Shown: positions 38,601-50,399 of the stretch, in pieces
Layout: the number at the start of each line of letters is the position of its first letter
Numbering within the stretch: position 1 is the first letter of the stretch
From: Mobula hypostoma
Taxonomy: Eukaryota
Assembly: GCF_963921235.1 (NCBI RefSeq)
Contig: NC_086108.1
Coordinates: forward strand, 95,172,001-95,236,000
Direction of reading: 5' to 3'
Length of the DNA: 64,000 nucleotides
The notes under the pieces: model-generated
Told to the model about the DNA's origin: nothing
What the model saw: the letters and a program-made list of their open reading frames with translations, nothing else
Databases searched by the model: none
Made by a program: the position numbers and the translations under genes

Positions 38601-41600
38601 TGGTGATGAACGTGTTGGCCAAGTCAGCAGAGGTAGAATGCAGAAGCCCGTTGTCCAGGTCTGGTGTCTGTCAGCCTCCTATAAGAGCATTTATGGATTA
38701 CCTGACTAACACCATCACCAGTGCCAGGATGCAGATGGATCCTGCAGGGTCTGGAGAAGCTCACTGCTTGGGCAAGGATGAGCTTCAATCCTAAGAAATC
38801 CAAATCATCAGTACCTAAGAGAGGAAAGGTGGTTGACAAATTCTGCTTTAACCTAGGGGGCTCCCAAATTCCAAGCCTATCAGAGAAGCCGGTGAAGAGT
38901 CTAGGCAAAGTGTTTAACAGCTCGCTGAAGGGCACAGCATCCATCAAAGCAGCCAGGGAAGAGCTGTAGCAATGGTTGACTGTTGCGGACAAGCCAGGGC
39001 TGCTGGATAAATTCAAGGCTTGGATTTACCAGTGTAGCGTTCTCCCTGTGGCCTCTGCTTGTCTGTGATGTCCCACTGTCAACAGTTGAGACCTTTGAGA
39101 GAAATATCAGCCAGCACCTATGGAGGTGGCTGAGTCCGCCTAGGCGTCAGCATCGCCTTGTACAGGAAGAAAAACGACCGAAACTCCCTATTAGCAGTGT
39201 GACCAATGGGTTCATGGTTGCCTGCGCAAGAGAAGTGCTGCAATATGGAGAGTCCAGCAACATGAAGGTCTCACATGCTGGCATTGAGGTGAGGACAGGT
39301 AGGAGGTGGAGGGTGCAGGATTCAGTTGAACAAGTTGAAGCATTGCTACGCCTTGGTGTGTTGGTGGGCTCAGTGGCATCAGGACGAGCTGGCTTGGGTT
39401 GCTTTCCAACAGTCCACTCTGATAAGGTGCAAGGAAGAGCGAGGCACCAGTTGATCCAGCAGGGGATGCGAGCTGCTGTGGAAGAGCTATGTGCCAGCAA
39501 GATTGCTGGCATGCAGCAACAAGACGTGTGGACAAGATGGGACCAGGTAACAGAGCACAGCATCTCATGGGGGAAATTTGGTCAGCTGAACCCCACCGCA
39601 TCAAGTTCCTGATCCAGTCAGTCTTTGACGTCTTGCCAAGCCCAGGGAACCTGTACTGCTGGGGTAAGTCTGAAACACCAGCATATTCCCTGTACCAAGG
39701 GCAGGGAACATTGGAGCATATCCTCAGATGCTGCCCGAAAGCCCTGGGGGAGGGGTGTTATTGTTGACGCCACGACCAGGTGCTGAAGATAGTGGCTGAC
39801 ACCTTGTGCACAGCAATCGTCCATTGTTTTTATCAATGCAGGGGGCATGCCACCTACTAGGAACAGCAAAGGACTGGCATTTGAGAGCTGGCCTCAGGAA
39901 ACAGCTCGGATTCCCTGAGCACAGCTCCTTGACAATGCTCAGGTCAGACATAGGGCCACTGTCAGAGTCATTCAGACAGGTGGTCATGTTGGAGCTGACC
40001 ATTCCCTGGGAAGACCAGATGGAGGAGGCCCATGAAAAGAAAAAGTCTTGGTGGAGGAGTGCTATAGTAAGGGGTGGTGGGCACACTGAGAGGAGGGCTG
40101 CAGAGGGTTTGATGGGTCAATCCCTCTGCCAAGCTTACAGCTGGATAGGCATCTTAGGAGCCCAGAAGAGGAAAGCCATCAGGAACACCATAGAGGCAGA
40201 ATGCTACTCCGACACAAATCAACCTTGGCTGGGTCACCCAGGCGAGGGTGTCTGGTGTTGAAGGACCTGAAACACCTTGTGACCCCAGGTTACATCACTG
40301 ATGATGCATCTGAGTGCATCGCAGGATGTATCATTCTGTCATTGGTTCATGTTTATGGTGTTTTTTTAACAGCTATTTTACAAAATATATTAATGGTTAA
40401 CTTTTAAATATAATTCTTTGCAGGCCTATTCCCTTGTAGATCGTGAAGTTGGTTATTGCCAAGGGAGTGCTTTCATAGTTGGGCTTCTTCTTATGCAGGT
40501 ATTTTATATTTAATTTTAAAAAGCTATTCTTTGTGGAATTTCTTGTCCTGGTATGCTTGTCAATGCAACAGCATTACAGCTGTTGTTTCATGATAATTTC
40601 ACTCCCCTTTACTCCTCCTTTCTTTTTCCATTTCTCATTCTGGTTACCCTCTTACCCCTGCTCATCTGTTCTTTACCCCCTCCCCCACAAGCTCCCCTAC
40701 TTTCCTTCCTTGCATGGTCCACTGTATTTTCTGATTACATTTCTTCTTCAGCCCTTCACCTCTTCCACCTATCCTATAACAACTTCTTACCTTATACCCC
40801 TTCCCTGACCTGCCCATCTTTCCCCTCAACCCAACACTGTCCAGCTTGTACTCCACGTCCTCCTCTCTTCCACCTCGTTTCTGCCTCCTTCCTCTTCAGT
40901 CTTGATGAAGGATCTCAGCCTGAAATGACGACCCTGCATTCCCTCATAAATGCTCCCTGACATGCTCAGTTCCTCCAGCAAACTGTGAGTGTTGCTCAAG
41001 ATTTCCAGCATCTGCAGAATCTCTTGCATTTAACATAGAAAGGGCGAAGAGGTCCTATGCAGTGAGTATAGGGAGTTAAGGAAAAGGCTAAAGAGCAGGA
41101 CTCCAAGGTAATCTCTGGATTGCTCCCAATACCATGTGCTAGTCGGGACAGGAATAGGATGATAGTACAGATGAATGCGTAGCTAAAGAAGTGGTGGAGG
41201 GGACAGGGATTCAAATTTCTGGATCATTTGAATCTCTAATGGGGGAAGGTAGGACCTGCACAAAACAACAGGTGTCACCTGAACTTGAGGGAGTCTAATC
41301 TCCTTGAGGGCAGGTTTGTTGGAGCTGTTGGGGAGGATTTAATGTGAGTTGGCAGGGGTATGGGAACTGGAGTGAGGGCTAAGGATAACCAAACAGTAAG
41401 TGTTGAGATTTCAGCTGAAGGAAACCATGCTGATTTTAATCTGCTTTGTCACTGCCTTCAACCACTCTGAAACCTCATCCCTTATAATGGACTCCCAACA
41501 GCTTCCCAATCACTGGAGTCACTGACCTGTAGTTTCTTCCCTTCTGCCTCCCTGTCTTCTTAAAGAATGGAGTAACATTAGCAATTTTCCATTCCTCTGG

Positions 41601-44600
41601 AACCATTTCAGAATCTACTGATTCTTGAAAGATCACTACCATTGCCAACACAATCTCTTCAGCAACCTCTTCGGTACCCTGTGGTGTAGTCCATCTGGTC
41701 CAGGTGACTTATCTACTTTCAGATCTGAATTTGAATTGACTTTACTTCTTACATCTTTCGCATACACAAGGAGTAAACATTTTTATGTTACGTCTCTGTC
41801 TAAATCTGCAATAAGTAATCATAGTAATTAATAATAATTTGAAATTATTATAAACCTTTCAGCTTCTCAAGCACCTTCTCCTTAGTAATAGCAACTACAC
41901 TCATGTCTGCCCCCTAACACACTCAAACTTCCGACATACTGCTATTGTCATCCACAGTGAAGTTTGATGCAAAATACTTATTCTGTTCGTCTGCCATTTC
42001 TTTGCCCGCCATTACTATTTCTTCAGCATCATTTTCCACGGTCCAATATAAACTCTCTCCTTTCCTTTACTCTATATATCTGAAAATTCTTTTGATATCC
42101 CCTTTGATATTATTGGCTAGCTTTCATATTTAATCTTTTCTCTCTTTATGATTTTTTGTTGCTTTTTGTTGGATTTTAAAAGCTTCCCAATCCTCTAATT
42201 CCCCTCTAATTTTTGCTATATTATATGTCCTCTCATTTGTTTTTATGTTGTCTTTGAATTCCCTTGTCAGCCACACTGCCTCAGCCTCAGAGTCTTGCAC
42301 CTTCTGAATTGCCCCCAGAAACTCCAGTTATTGTTGTTCTACCTATCATTCTTTTCCCTTGTCCCCTTCCAATCAACTTTGGTGAGATCCTCTCTCATGC
42401 CTCACTAATTCCCTTTACTCCAGTGTAATACTAATGCATCTGACTTTTAGCTTCTCCCTCTCAAACTGCAGGGTAAATTCTATCATTTATGATTAGTATC
42501 CTCATTGTTCCTTTACCTTAAGCTCCCTAATCAAATCTACTTCAGTACAAAACCTCCAAATCCAGATTTTGCATTTCTCCTAGTGGGCTCAACCACATGT
42601 TGCTCTCAAAAGCAATTTCTCCCTCTTGGCATCCACACAAACCTGATTTTCCCAATCTACCTGCATATCGAAATTCTCCATGACAAGCGTAACATTGCAC
42701 TTATTACATGCCTTTTCTATTTTCCATTGAAATTTATATCCCACATCTCAACTACTGTTCATGGGCCTGTATATAATTCCCATCAGGGTCTTTTTAGCCT
42801 TGCAGTTTTTTAACTCTACTCAAGTAGACTTCACATCTTCTGATCCTGTGTCACCTCTTTGTAAGGATTTGATTTTGCTTTTCCTTACCAACAGAACCAC
42901 TCCACCTCTTGTACCTCCTGTTTGTCCTTTTGATACAATGTGTATCTTTAGATGTTAAGTTTCCAACTCTGATCTTTCTTCCATGACTGGATGCACATAA
43001 CGTCATACCTGCCAGTTTCTAACAGTGCTACAAGATCATCTGTATACTGTATGCATTCAAATATAACACCATTAGTCCTGTATTCATCACCCTGGTATTA
43101 TTATTATTTCCTTTTTGTACTGGCATAGTTTGTTGTCTTTTGCACACTGGTTGCACGTCCAAATTGGTGCTATCTTTCATTGATTCTGTTATGGTTATTA
43201 TTTTATGGACTTACTGAGTGTGCCTACAAGAAAATGAATCCCAGGGTTGTATATGGAGACATAATGTACTTTGATAATAAATTTACTTTGACCTTTGAAC
43301 TTTGTTGGAATTTTTTGAGGAAATAACAGGCAGGATAGACAAAGGAGAGTCGGTGGATGTTGTTTACTTGGATTCTTAGAAAGCCTTTGACAAGATGCTG
43401 CACACAAGGCTACTTAACAAGATGAGAGCCTCTGGTATTACAGGAAAGATACTAGCATGGATAGAAGATTGGCTGACTGGCAGGAGGCGAAGAGTCGGAA
43501 TAAAAGGTGAATATCCTGGTTGGCTACGGTGACTAGAGGTGTTCAGCAGGCATCAGTATTCGACTGCTTTTCATGTTATATGTCAGTGACTTAGATGACA
43601 GGATTGTTGGCTTTATGGCCAAGTTTGCAGACGATACAAAGATAGATGGGGGGCAGTTAGTGTTGAGGAAGCAAAGAGTCTGCATATGCACTTGGACAGA
43701 CTGGGAGAATGGGAAAAGAAGTAGCAGATGGAACATAGTGTAGGGAAGTGTATGGTCATGTACTTTGGAAGCAGGAATAAAGGTGTAGATTATTTCCTAC
43801 ATATGGAGAAAATATTAAAAAATTCAGAGATATAAAAGGACTAGGAAGTCCTTGTACAGGATTCCCTAATGGTTAAGTTGCTGGTTGAGTCAGTGGTAAG
43901 GAAGGTAAATGCAATGATAGCGTTAAGATTGGAGTAAGGATGTGATGCTGAGGTTTTATAAGGCATTCGTTAGACTACATGTGGAGTATTGGGAACAGTT
44001 TTTGTGCCCCCATCTAAGCAAAAATGTGCTGGCATCAGAGATGATTCAGAGGAGGATCACGAGAATGATTCCGGGAATAAAAAGGTTAACATAGGAGTGT
44101 TCGGCTCTGGTCCTGTACTTGCTGGAGTTTAGGAGAATGGGGTGCGGGAGGTGGATCTCATTGAAACCTATCGAATATTGAAAGGCCTAGGTAGAGTAGA
44201 TGTACAGAGGCTGCTTCCTATTGTGGTTAGGTATTGAACCAGCGGGCACAGCATCAGAATAGAAAAATGTCCATTTATGACAGAGATGAGGAAAAATTTC
44301 TTAAGCCAGAAAGTAGTGAATCTGTACAATTCATTGCCAAGGAAGGCTGTGGTGGCCAAGTTGTTGAGTATACTTAAGGCGGAGGTTGATAGGTCCTTGG
44401 TTAGTCAGGGTGTCAACGATTACAGGGAGAAGGCGGTAGAATGGAGTTGAGAGATAATAAATCAGCTTTGATGGAATGGCGGAGGAGACTCCATGGGCTG
44501 AGTGGCCTAATCCTGTTCCTGTGTCTTATGGTCTTGACATATTTTGCCGCAGTATTCCAGCTGAGCGCACCAGCAACCTGCAAGTTTAGATCAGAAAGCT

Positions 44601-47600
44601 CCTCATTTTATACTCCACATCTTTTGTAATAACATCCAACAATTCCAATAGCTTTGCTAATTACATGCTATATCTGCAAGCTAACTTTGTGTTTCATGTG
44701 CTTGGAACACTAGATCCCTTGCAATCAATGTTGTGATGTCTTACTGATAGTTATTGTTGAACCAATAAATTTGAATAATGACATTGAATCCTCCAAGTCT
44801 TAGTGCATATTTATTTTTTCCCTGTGAAGATGCCAGAGGAAGAAGCATTTTGTGTTTTTGTGAAGCTAATGCAAGACTATAGACTCCGAGAGCTATTCAA
44901 ACCTAGTATGGCTGAGCTAGGCCTTTGTATGTACCAGTTTGAGTGGATGATCCAGGTAAGAGGATAAATGGATAGAGAAAAAGTTGCTGTAAACTAATTT
45001 TAATGCATCATTAAAATTGGATGTTTGATGTTTTAATTCATTTGTTTGAATCTATCAAAATTTAAGACTAGTTTCCCCATTCATTTTTTGTTTGCCATGC
45101 CTTGTATAATTGAGGATTTGCAATAACTCTATAAATTAATAGAATAAGGAAATAGTCCTTTAATCTTTTTTAGTTGTATTAATAGCTCACCTCTTGTCAA
45201 GAGATGATTTTTCAAAAACATATTTCTATCAAATTGGGAAGTGTGGGAATTATTCATGATTAAATTTGCACTAATGTCCCATGTAAATTCCTTAAGGGTG
45301 TAGTGATTTTCTTATGAACTACATTTACTTAATACTTTTACGGAGTGTTGTCTCAGTAGCATCAAAATAGAAGTAGTCCCAAACTGCTAATCCACCAGAA
45401 AAAGTTAGAGCAAAGTTCTTTTGCTACTAGATATTTCTTTGTGTAATTCTCCATGCTACTTCATATTCTGTTAATTGCCTTGTTTTTTCGAGACAGGAAC
45501 AGCTACCAGAACTTTATGTGCACTTTCAATCCCAGAGTTTTCACACGTCCATGTACTCTTCCTCCTGGTTCCTAACCATCTTTCTGACTACATTTCCATT
45601 ACCAGTTGCCACAAGATTATTTGATATTTTCATGTCAGAGGTAAGTGATTGCACACTAAATATAATTTAAAGAATGTAATGTAAACTCTATTAACTTCAT
45701 TTTTTTCACATTAGTTTCTACTATTTACTACAGTAGTATGCTGAAAGATTAAAAAAGTGTTTCTGGTCATTCATCATTGTTAAGATTTTGCCTTTTTTTT
45801 AGGGTCTAGAAATAGTTTTTCGTGTTGGCTTGGCTATACTACAGTCTAATCAGGCAGAATTGATGCAGCTTGACATGGAGGGAATGTTACAGGTATGGAA
45901 GATGTTTACTTTTCTCTGGTCTTACAAAAAAGTGTAACTTGCGTATTTCTTGAAGCAGTTTCAAAGCATTTACTGGATCTGTATATTTTTTTGCCAGCAT
46001 TTTCAAAAGATCATTCCACATCAGTTTGACAGTGGCCCTGACAAATTAATCCAAGCAGCTTATCAAATTAAATACAATGCAAAGAAAATGAAGAAGTAAG
46101 TAATGGATGCAGTTCTATTTTATTTAAAAAAGCACGTCAATCCTATTGTTACAAATTGGGCAATCATTCAGAACTATCATTATATATCACTACATCTACT
46201 TGCCGAAGTACATAAAAAAACTGTACAAAAACGGATAAGTAGTCAAGTTTGCCACTTTATGCCTTCAAGGCTCACTTTGTTGTTATGAATATTACCATTA
46301 AATTAAATGTTCTTTGTACTATATTAAAGGAATTAATTGAATGCTACTATATTAAATGAATTTCTTCTTTGAATAATATGGCTTCTTTGACTTGTTTAAG
46401 ATGGTATACAATAAATATATCACACACACATGACTCTACTTATTGTCAGGTTGGAAAAGGAATACACTACCATAAAAAATAAAGAGATGGAAGAACAAGT
46501 AGAAATTAAGGTAAGTGATAAAGTAATTATTAAATAGTCTCACAATCCCACATACAGCTGCACCTTGATTTCCCAACTACTGTACTTGATATCCTGACCA
46601 ATGGCTGAAAGAAACCATATGATGCCTTTACTGCTCTGTCTTCCTGTGCTGATACTTTCAGGGAACCTTGTGTTTGTGCCTTGAGGGCTCTCTATTCTGC
46701 ACTGCTCCTCAAGGCCTTGTACGTGTCCTGGCCTGGTTTAACTTTGCAAAATACATCAGCTAGCACTTGTTTGAGTTAAATTTCATCTGTCATTCTTCTA
46801 ACCACTTTTCCATTTAACCAAGAGCCCGTTGTAATCTCAGATTTGTCATAGTCATACTTTATTGATCCCAGGGGGAAATTGGTTTTCGTTACAGTTGCAC
46901 CATAAATAATAAATAGTAATAGAACCATAAATAGTTAAATAGTAATATGTAAATTATGCCGGTAAATTATGAAATAAATCCAGGACCAGCCTATCGGCAC
47001 AGGGTGTCTGACCCTCCAAGGGAGGAGTTGTAAAGTTTGATGGCCACAGGCAGGAATGACTTCCTATGATGCTCTGTGCTGCATCTTGGAGGAATGAGTC
47101 TCTGGCTGAATGTACTCCTGTGCCCACCCAGTACATTATGTAGTGGATGGAAGACATTGACCAAGATGGCATGCAACTTAGACAGCATCCTCTTTTCAGA
47201 CACCACCGTGAGAGAGTCCAGTTCCATCCCCACAACATCACTGGCCTTACGAATAAGTTTGTTGATTCTGTTGGTGTCTGCTACCCTCAACCTGCTGCCC
47301 CAGCACACAACAGCAAACATGATTGCACTGGCCACCACAGACTCGTAGAACATCCTCAGCATCGTCCGGCAGATGTTAAAGGACCTCAGTCTCCTCAGGA
47401 AATAGAGACAGCTCTGATCCTTCTTGTAGACAGCCTCAGTGTTCTTTGACCAGTCCGGTTTATTGTCAATTACCATCTTCACTGTCCACTCTACCAACAG
47501 TTTTGGTGTCATCTTCATAGGGTGGTGAGGTGAAGATGCGTTTCTACCAAAGGAGGTGTGAGGCACTCCTTTCCTGGGTAGCGCCTGCTTAGCCCCCAGT

Positions 47601-50328
47601 CAGGGTCATGTGAAGCCATGGGAGCAGGTGGTGGATGGTCATATGAGCAGCTGGTGCATATCTCAATTCCTGGTTATGGGACCACTGATACCAGGCAGAC
47701 CATCTCTGAAGAGTTGGTCATGGCTGGAGTCACCTGTCTTGTAAAGACACTGCCAAGAAGAAGGCAATGGCAAAGACTAATCATGGTCATGAAAAGACCA
47801 TGATCGCCTTTATCTTAAACGGCATGTAATGAATGAATGAACTTACTTGCTAATCGTGCCACCTGCTTTCATATACATGATAAGCAATGGGGAACACAAC
47901 ACTGATTGATGTCGCCCACCACTGGTCATGGTTCTCCAATTTGAAATAAAATTTCTTCTTCTACTCTCTCCCTCCTACTACCAAACCAATTTTATATCTA
48001 ATTGACTGGTTCAACTTGGGTCCATGTAGTTGTCTGCCACCTGCCCTCTGTATTCTCTTGGTCACCTCTTCAATGGATTCAGTCAAATTTGTGGAACATT
48101 GTTTTCCATGCACAAACCCATGCTGTCCATAATCAGTCTTTGCCTTTCAAAGTGCCCTCAGAATCCCCTCCATTAATGTTCCCAGTACTGAGATTAGGCT
48201 TTCTCTTGCAGCCTTTTGTAAGTATTTCCCTTGTAGATGTTGCTGAAAGCCTAATTAACTCCTTAATCAAAAGCTATTGCATTTTCAAACAGATAAAAGT
48301 ACAACAATAGGTTTAAAAATAGAGATGGTACCCTTTTGGCGACTACTTTAATCTTGAGCTCTTCAACGTGATTGATTTATATATTAAAAAAAGAAAAGTT
48401 ATGCAGAATTTCTTCCTGATTGTAGAGGTTACGCACAGAAAATCGATTGCTGAAACAACGCATTGAAACATTGGAGAAGGTGAGTGCTATTAAATTGAGT
48501 TTTAAAGATTTTTTATTTAAAAAAAACCTAAATTGCTGCGTTATTTCAAGTAAATGTTAATTTATGAAGGTGTTTCACTTACTTCTCTGATCAAGGATGG
48601 TCGTCCAATGAAATAGTCTGGCTTCTTTACTAACAGTCCTTGGCTCAATGACACATTAACACCTAGCACAGAAGGATATGTGACTGAGGATTCAGTAAAT
48701 GTATGATGGAAACAATCTGCTATTCTTTTGAAATGTATGGAGGGAAATAGGACATGCTCCAATCTGTCCAGGAAAAAAGGATGATACTTTGGGGTTTGTA
48801 AATGCAGATTCCATATTTGACAGCTCAATGTTTGGCAGGTCTACTGAGGGCCTTTATTTCTAATTGTTTGTTGATTTTCGGGGAAAGGGAGTGGGGGCAG
48901 CGGGTACTCAAGACATGAAAGGTTGAATTGCAGGTTTGGCTCTTATTAATCTGACATTATTTCTAGATGGCTTGCTTGATATTGAAAGCAAAGATGCATT
49001 GGATAAACTGGGGATTCATGATAATTTTTCTGCAAATCTCTGCTTTCATCCTGCATAGAGTAAATTATGGGCACAAGTCTAGCTTCAAACACAATATCAT
49101 GATACTACTTATCAGAGTTATCATTCCAACGTCATTTTTTGAGTAACTTTTTTACCAAGGGTTCCCAACCTAGGGTCCAGGGATCCTTGCTTAATGGTAT
49201 TGGTCCATGACATAAGAAAGGTTGGAAACCCTTGCTTTTTACTCATCTTTGAATCCTTCTAACCATTCATCATGTTGTACATGAACAAGTAAGGAGAAAA
49301 CATTTTACTGAATTTTACTGGTGGCTTCTCCTGATTTTTGCTTGTTATGTGGCCGACGAGTATCAGAAATTAATTCAACCCTATATTGAAATTACTAATG
49401 GGACTACACTGCCGTTTTGTTCTGACTGATATTATTTATTCATATTAAATTGACTTGGTCTCCTTTTGTTTTGCCTAAAAATCATAATTTTTAATCAATT
49501 TTCAACAAAAAAATTGGAAGTATTTTTATCCACTATCAATTTGAAACAAATAATTTGGATTAGTGGACTTAGTGTGCTGTCAGCACATTTTCCAAATCCT
49601 TATTTGGTTTGATCATTTTGAATTTTCAGCACTGGTTAAATATGCCACTGGTATGGATTTAATACCCACATTCTTTTAAAACTATTACATCTTTAACAAG
49701 GATTCATTTGTTCACTCTTGGTGCAAAATTATATACTAAGTTTGTACAGTGCATAACCTTGTAAAATACTGGGCTCCCTGTCAGAATTGAATATCAAAAA
49801 ATTTAATGACAAATCCTTGGTGAGCTCTTAATCCTGATTTTTGTGTTCCATCAAGCATATATAGGAAATGAATAAATGTGCTTCACTTAAAAAAATTTCC
49901 AGATGAAATTCCTTTTTTGCGATTTGGTGTAGCATCATCCTTAACTAAAATAAAACAGTCTTATTTGGTAAATAGTAAATTGGTTTGTTATTGTCACATG
50001 TGAAAGCTGTTATACAGTTTTACAGTATTATACAATATTGTACAGCGAAAACTATTTTGCATGCTATCCATCATATCATTTCATCACTCTACGCTGATGT
50101 TCAAGGTACATTTATTATCAAAGTATGTTTACAGTAAACGACTTTGAGATTCATCTTCTCCAGACAGAAACAAAACAAAGAAAACCTTGGAAGCGGTTCA
50201 AGGAAAAAGGTCCACACCCTCTCCCCCCACATACAAATAAAAACAAATCTCGCAAACGTCATCAAAATAATCAACTTGCCACGAGCAAAAAAGCAAACGG
50301 AAACAAGAACATCAGGACCCCTCTCCCC

Positions 50329-50399
<71 letters not shown>

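Larger units (their letters stand above)
46590..48250 (-). mobile_element. Old antisense CR1 fragment hosting two younger insertions
   Basis: Degenerate CR1 RT sequence on both sides of the Rex (46845-47471) and SINE (47518-47840) inserts. Confidence 0.55.
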
